Assembly: GCA_027729805.1 (NCBI GenBank)
Contig: JAQCEO010000004.1
Location: 1 to 57,661, forward strand
Direction: 5' to 3'
Origin: Actinomycetota bacterium
Lineage (GTDB): Bacteria; Actinomycetota; Actinomycetes; S36-B12
DNA length: 57,661 nucleotides
The notes beneath the pieces are model-generated. The model had not been told where the DNA came from, made no database searches, and saw nothing but the letters and a program-made list of their open reading frames with translations. This document shows, one piece after another, positions 18,008 to 27,236 of the stretch (its first letter is position 1; each line of letters opens with the position of its first letter). Both the position numbers and the translations under genes were made by a program.

Positions 18008-20356
18008 TTGCCTGGCCTTTCAAGATGGGCGATTCGTCGGCCGGTTGTTGCCCTTATTGCCTGGGTACTTGCCCTCGGAGGAATTGTTGGGCTGGGGAGC
18101 CAGCTCGGGGGCGCGCTAAATGACTCATTCGCCCTCCCGGAAACTGAATCCACGGTGGCCCAAGAGTTGTTGAGCACCGGTGGTGAAGATGCCGCCAGTG
18201 CTGGCGCGGGTGCGCGGGTGGTTTGGTCACCAGCCACCGGGTCGGCTGTTACTGCGGGGGTACTCAATGAGATAACTCCGTTACTGCAGGAACTAGCGGG
18301 CCTAGCCAGCGTCAGCTGCCTAACCATGCCTACCGGTGCCAGCCTTGGGGTGGATTGCCCGGCCGCACCAGGTGGTATGGATCCGGAGCAACTACAGCAA
18401 TTACCGGTGGAGCGGCAGCAGCTTATTGCCGATGCGGGCAAGGCGTTTGCGGCCGCATCGGCGGCAGTCAGCCAAGATGGGCGCGTTGCCTATTCGAATG
18501 TGACTTTTAAGGATGGACTGGTCTCGGCCAGTGACGGTGCTGCTTTCTTGGCAGCGGTTAAGAGTGCCAATTCCGACTCCTTGCAAGTCGGTGCCAATGG
18601 GCAGGCCCTTGAGTGGGCGGCCCAGGAGCCACCAAAGAGTGAGGCCATCGGCATCGGGGTGGCCATCATTATTTTGCTGATCGCCTTTGGCTCGGTCATC
18701 GCGGCTGGGATGCCAATCTTTGTTGCGGTGGTTGGGCTTGCAATGGGTCAGATGGCGGTACTGCTTATTGCGAACTTCTTGGACGTGGCAACTTTTGCGC
18801 CCACCTTGGCGGCAATGATCGGTCTCGGGGTCGGTATCGACTACGCACTTTTCGTAATGAACCGATTCCGGCAGGCGGTGCTGGCCGGTCGTCAGCCAAA
18901 GGCCGCGGCACGGGAGTCGGTGGAGACTGCAGGTCGAGCTGTGCTCTTTGCCGGTGGCACCGTGATAATCGCGCTTCTTGGATTGTTTGTGCTCCGGATC
19001 AATTTCTTTAACGGCCTGGCGGTCGCAGCAGCATTGACGGTCCTGATGGTGATGCTTTCGGCCCTTTGGATGCTGCCAGCGCTTCTTAGTTTGCTCGGAA
19101 CCAAGGCACTTGGAATCCGGTTGCCGTGGGGTAAGAAACCCGGCAAGGCGCACCCCGAGGGTAAGCGCTGGACGCACTACGGCCATAGCCTGCAGCGTCG
19201 TCCGTGGTTGACCACTATCGGAGCAGTAGTTGTCATTGTGGTTTTGGCGATCCCGGTTTTGAGTTTGCGCCAAGGATTTGCCGATGACTCCGGTAAACCG
19301 GCGGGCAGTAGTTCGCGTATTGCCTACGACCTAATGTCAAGTGGCTTCGGCCCGGGGGTAAATGGCCCGTTCTTCGCGGCAGTGAAACTCCCAGCGGCAA
19401 ATGATGTCGCGGCATACACCACGGTTGTTGCTGGGCTGGGCGCCGCTGATGGCGTGGCGTCCACCTTACCCACCCCGGAAATGATCCCGCTCATCGCGAT
19501 GAACCCGGATGCATTTGGGTCAGATGGCACGGTAGCAACCGTCATGATCACCCCGACCTCGGCGCCGCAGGACGCCGCCACTACCGAACTACTTGATCGA
19601 CTTCGGGCCGAGGTAAATCCAGAACTGGAGGCCAAGACGGGAGCCCAGATCTATATCGGTGGCACCCAGGCGATTACCTCGGATTTCACCACCGTGTTAA
19701 CCGATGCGCTGCCCATCTTCTTGCTGGTTGTAGTTGGCCTGGGCTTCTTGGCCTTGGTTTTATTGTTCCATTCACTGGTGGTTCCACTTACCGCAGCCGT
19801 AACCAGCCTGATGAGCTTTGCAGCCGCAATGGGCATCACGGTGGCCGTGTTCCAATGGGGCTGGTTGGCGGGGCCACTTGGTATTAGTGGTACCGGCCCG
19901 ATCATGCCTTTCTTGCCCATCATGGTGTTCGCGATCTTGTTCGGCCTGTCCATGGATTACCAAGTGTTCTTGGTTACGCGAATGCAAGAGGAGTGGGTGC
20001 GAACCGGTGACAACGCGGCATCGGTTCGGCGCGGCCTTGCGGGTTCAGGTCGGGTGGTCATGATCGCCGCAGCAATCATGGCAAGTGTCTTCTTGGCCTT
20101 CGTACCAACACCGGATTCAACTATTAAGTTGTTCGGTATTGCCCTGTCCGCCGCGGTGCTCATTGATGCGTTCTTGGTGCGGCTGGTACTGGTGCCTTCC
20201 CTGATGTCGATACTTGGTAGCGCCAACTGGTGGCTACCTCGGTGGTTGGATCGGATTTTGCCACGCGTGCAAATTGAGCCCGGGGCTGATGAGATCCAAG
20301 ATGATGACGATGAACTACCCCGGGAGCCTTCGCCCCGAGAGGCAGTATCCGTTTAA
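18008..20356 (+). CDS. MmpL/MMPL family RND-type membrane transporter
   Basis: GLGVGIDYALF, AGRAVLFAGGTV, GFGPG.NGP, FGLSMDYQVFLVTRMQE, ANWWLPRWLDRILP; TTG 18008 follows SD GAGGTG. Confidence 0.92.
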   Translation: MPGLSRWAIRRPVVALIAWVLALGGIVGLGSQLGGALNDSFALPETESTVAQELLSTGGEDAASAGAGARVVWSPATGSAVTAGVLNEITPLLQELAGLASVSCLTMPTGASLGVDCPAAPGGMDPEQLQQLPVERQQLIADAGKAFAAASAAVSQDGRVAYSNVTFKDGLVSASDGAAFLAAVKSANSDSLQVGANGQALEWAAQEPPKSEAIGIGVAIIILLIAFGSVIAAGMPIFVAVVGLAMGQMAVLLIANFLDVATFAPTLAAMIGLGVGIDYALFVMNRFRQAVLAGRQPKAAARESVETAGRAVLFAGGTVIIALLGLFVLRINFFNGLAVAAALTVLMVMLSALWMLPALLSLLGTKALGIRLPWGKKPGKAHPEGKRWTHYGHSLQRRPWLTTIGAVVVIVVLAIPVLSLRQGFADDSGKPAGSSSRIAYDLMSSGFGPGVNGPFFAAVKLPAANDVAAYTTVVAGLGAADGVASTLPTPEMIPLIAMNPDAFGSDGTVATVMITPTSAPQDAATTELLDRLRAEVNPELEAKTGAQIYIGGTQAITSDFTTVLTDALPIFLLVVVGLGFLALVLLFHSLVVPLTAAVTSLMSFAAAMGITVAVFQWGWLAGPLGISGTGPIMPFLPIMVFAILFGLSMDYQVFLVTRMQEEWVRTGDNAASVRRGLAGSGRVVMIAAAIMASVFLAFVPTPDSTIKLFGIALSAAVLIDAFLVRLVLVPSLMSILGSANWWLPRWLDRILPRVQIEPGADEIQDDDDELPREPSPREAVSV

Positions 20357-20639
20357 TGGGCCAGTAGCCGAAGTAACTACCTGTATTCGTCGACGCGCTG
20401 CGGGCTGGAACGTAGCAGGTGCCGCCGGCAGTAGCCTGCCAGACGCCATAGACAGCGTGAAGTTGAAACCCACTATTGCTGTCGAATTTTGGATCATCTC
20501 CGCGGTGTGCTCACCGGGCCAAGTGGCCAGGGGGCAAGGGAGCATCCGCCATTCCGCTTTTGGCCGCGCCATTGGCTTCGTGAGGTGAGAGGCGGCTATC
20601 TGCGGGACTATCCCCCCTCACTCCTTAGACTCAGGGACC

Positions 20640-22088
20640 GTGACGACCTCCTCTCCGGCGCTGGCTCCGCGGACCTATCAGGTACGTACCTACGGCTGCC
20701 AGATGAACGTGCACGACTCAGAGAGGCTCGCCGGGCTACTGGAGTCCGCTGGCTACCTTCCGGTCACTGATGGCGAGGTGGCTGACGTTGTTGTCTTCAA
20801 TACCTGCGCCGTGCGCGAGAACGCTGACAATCGCCTGTACGGAAACTTAAGTCATCTGGTGCCGGTTAAGGATGCCAATCCCAGAATGCAGATCGCAGTC
20901 GGCGGCTGCCTGGCGCAAAAGGATCAGGGCGAGATTCTCCGCAAAGCCCCTTGGGTGGATGTGGTCTTCGGCACCCACAACATCGGTTCGCTGCCGCTGC
21001 TGCTGGAGCGAGCCCGCATTCAAGGCGAAGCACAACTTGAAATCAAGGAAGCCCTAGAAGTCTTTCCATCGAGTCTGCCGACAAAACGCGACGCGGCCTA
21101 CGCGGCCTATGTCTCCATCAGCGTTGGGTGTAACAACACCTGCACATTTTGTATTGTGCCCGCGCTGCGCGGCACCGAGAAGGACCGAAGAGCCGGTGAC
21201 ATTCTTGCCGAAATTGGCATGCTGGTCGATCAAGGGGTTTTGGAGATCACGCTACTTGGCCAAAATGTAAATGCTTACGGAGTTGAATTTGGCGACCGCA
21301 GGGCTTTCGGGAAACTGTTGCGCGCCTGCGGTGAAATCCCGGGCCTGGAGCGGGTACGGTTCATCAGTCCACATCCACGTGACTTCACCGATGATGTAAT
21401 CGACGCGATGGCCGAGACTGCAAATGTCATGCCGCAGTTGCACATGCCCTTGCAATCTGGTTCGGATTCGATTTTGCAAGCAATGCGGCGCTCTTATCGC
21501 CAGGAGCGTTATTTAGGGATAATTGAAAAGGTGCGCAAGGTCATGCCCGAGGCGGCGATTACCACCGACATAATCGTTGGCTTCCCCGGTGAAACCGAGG
21601 AAGATTTCGAGCAGACAGTGCACGTGGTTCGGGAGGCGAAGTTTGCTGGTGCCTACACCTTCTTGTATTCGCAGCGACCAGGCACACCCGCGGCCGCAAT
21701 GCCGGGCCAAATCCCGCACGAGGTGATGCAGGATCGGTACCTGCGTTTGGTCGATGTTGCCAACGATATTGCTTGGGCCGAAAACAAGCGCCTCATTGGG
21801 CGAACCGTTGACGTTCTGGTGGCAGGTGGTGAGGGTCGAAAGGATGTTAAAACCGAACGAGTCTCAGGGCGCGCCCCCGATAACCGCCTAGTGCATGTGG
21901 CTCAAGCTTCGGAGTTTGGTGTCCCTCGACCCGGTGACATTGTCACCGCGGAGGTGACCTACGCCGCACCCCATCATCTAGTTGCCGACCGAGTTATCGC
22001 GGTGCGGCGAACGCGGGCCGGTGATTTGGGTGAGCAGCCGGTGGATAACTCCGTTTTGTTGGGATTGCCCGCACTGCGTCCAGTGTGA
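20640..22088 (+). CDS. miaB: tRNA-2-methylthio-N6-dimethylallyladenosine synthase
   Basis: [47 protein letters not shown] domain. Confidence 0.97.
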   Translation: MTTSSPALAPRTYQVRTYGCQMNVHDSERLAGLLESAGYLPVTDGEVADVVVFNTCAVRENADNRLYGNLSHLVPVKDANPRMQIAVGGCLAQKDQGEILRKAPWVDVVFGTHNIGSLPLLLERARIQGEAQLEIKEALEVFPSSLPTKRDAAYAAYVSISVGCNNTCTFCIVPALRGTEKDRRAGDILAEIGMLVDQGVLEITLLGQNVNAYGVEFGDRRAFGKLLRACGEIPGLERVRFISPHPRDFTDDVIDAMAETANVMPQLHMPLQSGSDSILQAMRRSYRQERYLGIIEKVRKVMPEAAITTDIIVGFPGETEEDFEQTVHVVREAKFAGAYTFLYSQRPGTPAAAMPGQIPHEVMQDRYLRLVDVANDIAWAENKRLIGRTVDVLVAGGEGRKDVKTERVSGRAPDNRLVHVAQASEFGVPRPGDIVTAEVTYAAPHHLVADRVIAVRRTRAGDLGEQPVDNSVLLGLPALRPV

Positions 22089-22095
22089 GTCATAA

Positions 22096-23004
22096 ATGAA
22101 CGTGCTAGCGATCGTTGGCCCAACTGCGGTCGGGAAAAGCGCGTTGGCGGTTGCCGTGGCGAAAAGCTGCCGGGGTGAGATCATCAACATTGACTCGATG
22201 CAAATCTATGTTGGTATGAACATCGGGACTGCTACACCGAACCTGATCGAGCGTGCTGGAGTTACGCACCACCTAGTTGACATTTGGCCACCGGACCACG
22301 AGCTGGCCGTCGCGGAATACCAACAGGTGGCACGGTTTGCAATCGATGATGTCATATCTCGCGGCGCTCAACCGATAGTTGTTGGAGGTTCCGGTTTATA
22401 TGTCATGGGGGTCTTGGACGATTTGCAGTTCCCTGGCACCGATCCAATAGTTCGTGCAAACCTGGAGGCAGAACTGCAATCGGCTGGACCCGCTGTGTTG
22501 CATGCGCGCCTAGCAGGTGTCGACCCGGTGGCCGCGGCAGCGATCCTGCCGACTAACGGTAGGCGAATTGTGCGGGCCCTTGAAGTAATTGAATTAACGG
22601 GTGAACCCTTTACTGCGACATTGCCACCACCGGTCTCAATTTATCCCACGGTCCGAGTGGGGCTGGAGATCGCACGTGAGGTCCTCGACCAACGAATTGC
22701 CGATCGAGTCGAGCAAATGTGGGCGGCGGGATTTGTTGACGAGGTGCGCGAACTTGCGGAGTCGGGGTTGGCGAATTGGCGCACCGCATCAAGGGCGCTG
22801 GGATACCTTCAAGTGCTGTCTTATTTAGTTGGGCAGTGCACTGAGTCAGAAGCTAAGCGGGCGACAATTGATGCAACAATAAAATTTGCCCGGCGACAGC
22901 AGCGCTGGTTTCGCCGGGACCAGCGAATTCACTGGATCGATTACGACACTTCAGATGCCGAAGCACGAGTCTTGGCACTCTTGGGGTCCGAAACTTTGAC
23001 GTAG
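22096..23004 (+). CDS. miaA: tRNA dimethylallyltransferase
   Basis: GPTAVGKS, DSMQIY..MNIGTA, VGGSGLY, RRIVRALEV, FARRQQRWFR. Confidence 0.96.
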   Translation: MNVLAIVGPTAVGKSALAVAVAKSCRGEIINIDSMQIYVGMNIGTATPNLIERAGVTHHLVDIWPPDHELAVAEYQQVARFAIDDVISRGAQPIVVGGSGLYVMGVLDDLQFPGTDPIVRANLEAELQSAGPAVLHARLAGVDPVAAAAILPTNGRRIVRALEVIELTGEPFTATLPPPVSIYPTVRVGLEIAREVLDQRIADRVEQMWAAGFVDEVRELAESGLANWRTASRALGYLQVLSYLVGQCTESEAKRATIDATIKFARRQQRWFRRDQRIHWIDYDTSDAEARVLALLGSETLT

Positions 23005-23747
23005 TACTCGGTCCCGAGCAGCAGGGTAGCCAGTGGTCCCGGTACTCGGGTAAGTACCGCGAGGGTGCGCACGGTCCCATCAGCGCCAGCTTGGGATGCA
23101 TGCGCCCGCAACGCCTGGCGCTTCGCGCCCATAAAAGGGCGAATATCGACCCGATGCGTGATTTCCGCCCTAGGGGTCCAGGCATGGTCGAATTCACCGT
23201 CAGGCCAGTCACTTGGGGTCAGGTGCAATTTGGCGGCTAGCCGCACCACCTTGGCGATGGGCTCGCGCGGCAAGGTCGCCTCGAATAACTGTGGGGGGCG
23301 CTGAGCTAATACCGCGGCGGCCCGGGTGGCCCGGTGCACCTGCAGGTGGTCGGGGTGCCCATATCCCCCCGCGGGGTCGTAGCCGATCAGGATGTCGGCA
23401 CTTTCCTCGTCCAAGATGGTAGCGATCCTCTTCGCGATGGTGAACCGGTCAAGGTGGGCGAAACCCTCGGCATTTTCACCGTTTAGGCCAGAATCTGGGT
23501 AGTCCAAGGCCACGACTCGGTGCACACCTAGGGCATCGGCGGCGGCGGCCAACTCCGCGCGCCGGCGTAGGCCAAGGCCAGTGGCTAGGTGCGAAGAGGT
23601 GAGGCCGGCTTCGCCATTGGTCGCCACGATCAGGACGACCCGCTGCCCTGCGGCTACGGCTTTGGCCATGGTGCCGGCGGTGAGCAGGGACTCATCATCT
23701 GGGTGCGCATGCACGAAGACCAAAGTGTGCGGCGGGTGGGACATCAT
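22941..23747 (-). CDS. PIG-L / LmbE family zinc-dependent deacetylase (MshB/Mca-like)
   Basis: VHAHPDDES, ATNGEAG, RRAEL..AA, YPDSG, GGYGHPDH, HASQ; start ATG 23747 or 23744. Confidence 0.9.
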   Translation of the reverse strand: MMSHPPHTLVFVHAHPDDESLLTAGTMAKAVAAGQRVVLIVATNGEAGLTSSHLATGLGLRRRAELAAAADALGVHRVVALDYPDSGLNGENAEGFAHLDRFTIAKRIATILDEESADILIGYDPAGGYGHPDHLQVHRATRAAAVLAQRPPQLFEATLPREPIAKVVRLAAKLHLTPSDWPDGEFDHAWTPRAEITHRVDIRPFMGAKRQALRAHASQAGADGTVRTLAVLTRVPGPLATLLLGTEYYVKVSDPKSAKTRASASEVS

Positions 23748-23777
23748 GATGGGGACATTGTGCCGTACGGTCCAAGA

Positions 23778-24914
23778 GTGAGAATTGCGCATGTCAGTGA
23801 CTGCTACCTGCCCCGGACGGGCGGTATTGAGTCGCAGGTGCGGGCCTTGGCCCGGGCCCAGGCCGGCGCCGGGGATCAAGTGCGGGTCATTACCGCGACC
23901 CCTGGGCACCAAGGGGTGCCGACGCGGTCGCAAATCCTGGACGGGGAGGAGATCGATGGCATTTACGTGCACCGGGTGGCGATGCGACTGCCATTTGACC
24001 TGCCGATTCACTTACGTACTCGGGCCCATGTCGGCGACCTGCTAACCGCGAATGCTGTAGATGTGGTCCATGTGCACACTGGCGTGATTTCGCCATTTGC
24101 CTGGGGGGCATTACGGGCCACCCACGAACTGTCAATCCCTACCCTGATCACGGTACACAGCATGTGGGGCCCACTGGCGCGCCCCGCGTTCCGGGCTACC
24201 TATGAAATCGGCCGGCTATCGCGTTGGGGGATGCAGGTTTCGGCGGTTAGTCGTAATGCAGCCGACCTGATTGCTGCCACGGTCCCAGATGTTGGCGAGG
24301 TACTCGTAGTGCCCAACGGCATAGACCCAAGTCAGTGGCAAGTTGAGCGCCCCCCGCGCGATGACAGTGAACTCAAAGTGGTGACAGTCATGCGATTAGC
24401 GCCACGCAAGCGGATAATTGCGTTACTTAGAGTGATAGATCAAGCAAGGCGCAGTGATCGACGAATTTCCCTCACGGTAATTGGCGATGGCCCGGTTCGC
24501 TCAAGGGCAGAGAAGTTCACGCGAGATCATGGGCTATCTGGTGCCGTCACATTCACCGGCCGCCTGGATGCCGGTGATATAAAAATTGTGTTTGCCAACA
24601 GTGATGTTTTTATTCAGCCATCAATCAAGGAGTCGTTTGGCCTAGCGGCTTTGGAGGCTAGGAGTGCCGGACTACCCGTGGTGGCCCGCGCCGGCACCGG
24701 CACCACGGAGTTCATCACCGATGGTAAGGAGGGTCTAATAGCTGCAGATGATGCTGGGCTGACTACGGCGCTCATTCGCCTGGCCCGCGACCGCGAGCTG
24801 CTCGGTGCACTAGTTGCACATAATTTGGCCACCCCGCCAGCCCAGACTTGGCCGGCGGTACTCGAGCAGGTGCGGCTCGGGTATTTAGCGGCTGCCGTGC
24901 GAAATGGCAACTAG
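23778..24914 (+). CDS. GT4 family glycosyltransferase
   Basis: IAHVSDCYLPRTGGIE, VPNGID, IGDGP, ESFGLAALEARSAGLPVV (Ex7E); GTG 23778 with TACGGT six nt upstream. Confidence 0.9.
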   Translation: MRIAHVSDCYLPRTGGIESQVRALARAQAGAGDQVRVITATPGHQGVPTRSQILDGEEIDGIYVHRVAMRLPFDLPIHLRTRAHVGDLLTANAVDVVHVHTGVISPFAWGALRATHELSIPTLITVHSMWGPLARPAFRATYEIGRLSRWGMQVSAVSRNAADLIAATVPDVGEVLVVPNGIDPSQWQVERPPRDDSELKVVTVMRLAPRKRIIALLRVIDQARRSDRRISLTVIGDGPVRSRAEKFTRDHGLSGAVTFTGRLDAGDIKIVFANSDVFIQPSIKESFGLAALEARSAGLPVVARAGTGTTEFITDGKEGLIAADDAGLTTALIRLARDRELLGALVAHNLATPPAQTWPAVLEQVRLGYLAAAVRNGN

Positions 24915-24923
24915 ACTGAGCCA

Positions 24924-25787
24924 ATGGCTCCGCTAAACGAAGTTAAATTCATCAAGGGCCATGGCACGGGCAATGACTTTTTGATCATCCCCGATATTGA
25001 TGGGCTACTTGATCTAACCGCAGAGCAGGTGCGTTTCCTGTGTGATCGACGCAAAGGCATCGGCGCAGATGGCGTCCTGCGCGTCGTACGTACCAAGCAC
25101 TTGCCGGAGTTCATCGACCAAAGCGCCGGGGCGGAGTTCTTCATGGATTACCGAAATGCCGACGGCAGTTTGGCCGAGATGTGTGGCAACGGTGCCCGGG
25201 TGTTTGTCCGCTATCTCGATGCAACCGGCCTCATCACCGATAGTGAAGTAAATATCGCGACACGCGGTGGCCTGTTTCCGGTGACTATGAACTCCGACTT
25301 AAGCGTCACCATCGACATGGGGCGGGCATCATCTAGGGCTGCTACTGGGGTGCTGGCCGTAACCGTTGAGGCACGTACCTGGCCTTTTGTGCCGGTCCTA
25401 GTGCCAAATCCACACGCCGTCGTTTTCGTTGATGCACTCGCAGATGCCGGTGCGCTGCTAGTTGCCCCTGAGGTAACCCCGGGCAGCACCTTCCCCGATG
25501 GGGTAAATGTGGAGTTCGTGGTGGAGGTGGCGGCTGGTCACGTAGCGATGCGCGTATTCGAGCGCGGGGTGGGTGAAACTCAAAGCTGCGGCACCGGTGC
25601 CTGCGCGGTGGCCTGGGTTAATGCCCGGCGCGCTGGGGAGCCGGTGCTCCCGCTCACCACGACCGTTGATGTGTCCGGCGGCACGGTCTATGTAACCGAA
25701 ACCGCCGAAGGACACCTGTTATTGACCGGGCCGGCCGACCTAGTTGCCCGCGGGACGGCCTTGTTGCCTCAAGGGCGCTGTGGATGA
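24924..25787 (+). CDS. dapF: diaminopimelate epimerase
   Basis: KGHGTGNDF, GIGADG, NADGSLAEMCGNG, PNPH, NVEF, ERGVGETQSCGTG. Confidence 0.96.
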   Translation: MAPLNEVKFIKGHGTGNDFLIIPDIDGLLDLTAEQVRFLCDRRKGIGADGVLRVVRTKHLPEFIDQSAGAEFFMDYRNADGSLAEMCGNGARVFVRYLDATGLITDSEVNIATRGGLFPVTMNSDLSVTIDMGRASSRAATGVLAVTVEARTWPFVPVLVPNPHAVVFVDALADAGALLVAPEVTPGSTFPDGVNVEFVVEVAAGHVAMRVFERGVGETQSCGTGACAVAWVNARRAGEPVLPLTTTVDVSGGTVYVTETAEGHLLLTGPADLVARGTALLPQGRCG

Positions 25788-25829
25788 CCATTTGGGGGAT
25801 GGCCCCACCCATGGCACCCTTAGCAGTAC

Positions 25830-27236
25830 ATGAATCCCGATGACGCCTTCACCTACGCCGATGACTCGGCGATGGCTGGACTTGAACTTGCTGAGCGTCA
25901 TGCGCTGCGCCGGGTCGCCGGGCTCTCAACTGAACTCCAGGACGTCACCGAAGTTGAGTACCGGCAGGTGCGGCTGGAGCGCGTGGTGCTCGCCGGTGTT
26001 TGGACATCAGGTACGGTGCGGGCAGCCGACCGGAGTTTGGCTGAACTGGCGCTGTTGGCGAAGACGGCCGGGTCGGTGGTGCTGGAGGGCGTCATTCAAC
26101 GGCGCGATACCCCGGACCCTGCAACTTACCTCGGCTCCGGTAAAGCAGGCGAGCTCCGCGAGATAGTCATTGCTTACGAGGCTGACACCGTAATTTTCGA
26201 TGGTGAGTTAACACCTGGGCAACTGCGAAAGCTCGAAGAAATCGTGAAAGTCAAGGTGGTCGATCGCACCTGGTTGATTCTTGACATCTTTGCCCAACAT
26301 GCGCGCAGCCGGGAAGGCAAAGCACAGGTGAGCTTGGCGCAGATGCAATATCTATTGCCAAGGCTGCGTGGGTGGGGTGAGTCGCTGTCACGCCAAGCCG
26401 GGGGGCGTGCCGGTGGAGCCACCGGAGGTGTTGGCACCCGGGGGCCGGGCGAGACCAAGATCGAGACCGATCGACGCCGAATCCGAATGCAAATGACGAA
26501 ACTTCGGCGGGAACTCAAACAGATGGAGAAATCCCGAATCACCCAGCGAGCAGCACGGCATCGTGCAGGTATCCCCGCGGTGGCGATTGCCGGGTACACG
26601 AACTCCGGTAAGTCCAGCCTGCTGAATCGAATAACCGGCGCAGGCGTGTTGGTGGAGAACGCGCTATTTGCTACCCTTGATCCAACAGTTCGCAAGACAC
26701 GCACGCCGGCGGGTCGCGCTTACACCCTCGCTGACACCGTTGGATTCGTCAGACATCTTCCCCATCAACTTATTGAAGCTTTTCGGTCCACTCTCGAGGA
26801 AGTTAAGGACGCTGATCTAATTTTGCACATTGTCGATGGCTCCGATGATGCACCGCTTGAGCAGATAAGTGCGGTCCGTGAAGTACTAAACGAAATTGGC
26901 GCCGGGAACGTCCGGGAGCTGATTGTGATAAATAAGGCCGATATTGCAGACCCAGAGCAGGTGACGCAGCTGCTGCGAGTCGAACCACATGCATTGGTGG
27001 TTTCAGCGGAGACCGGCGAGGGTATTGACGCCCTGCTCTTGGCGATCGAAGCGGATCTACCAAGTCGGCTGCGCGATATCGATGTTGTTGTGCCATACCA
27101 ACGCGGTGACCTTATTTCTAGGGCACATTCCCAGGGTGATGTGCTAACTATCGAATATATTGAGGCTGGGACCCATCTCACCGCCCGAGTCCCGGAGCAA
27201 CTGGCGACCGACTTGCTGCAGGCAGCGGATGAGTGA
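25830..27236 (+). CDS. hflX: GTPase HflX
   Basis: GYTNSGKSS, LFATLDPT, DTVGF, NKAD, SAETG. Confidence 0.97.
   Translation: MNPDDAFTYADDSAMAGLELAERHALRRVAGLSTELQDVTEVEYRQVRLERVVLAGVWTSGTVRAADRSLAELALLAKTAGSVVLEGVIQRRDTPDPATYLGSGKAGELREIVIAYEADTVIFDGELTPGQLRKLEEIVKVKVVDRTWLILDIFAQHARSREGKAQVSLAQMQYLLPRLRGWGESLSRQAGGRAGGATGGVGTRGPGETKIETDRRRIRMQMTKLRRELKQMEKSRITQRAARHRAGIPAVAIAGYTNSGKSSLLNRITGAGVLVENALFATLDPTVRKTRTPAGRAYTLADTVGFVRHLPHQLIEAFRSTLEEVKDADLILHIVDGSDDAPLEQISAVREVLNEIGAGNVRELIVINKADIADPEQVTQLLRVEPHALVVSAETGEGIDALLLAIEADLPSRLRDIDVVVPYQRGDLISRAHSQGDVLTIEYIEAGTHLTARVPEQLATDLLQAADE

Noticed and set aside
18401-19273. 290-aa antisense ORF within the MmpL gene
   Set aside because: No recognisable motifs; typical shadow ORF of a GC-rich coding strand
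20357-20639. Hidden gene or RNA in the MmpL-miaB gap
   Set aside because: No ORF with a credible start or family signature; only short GC hairpins
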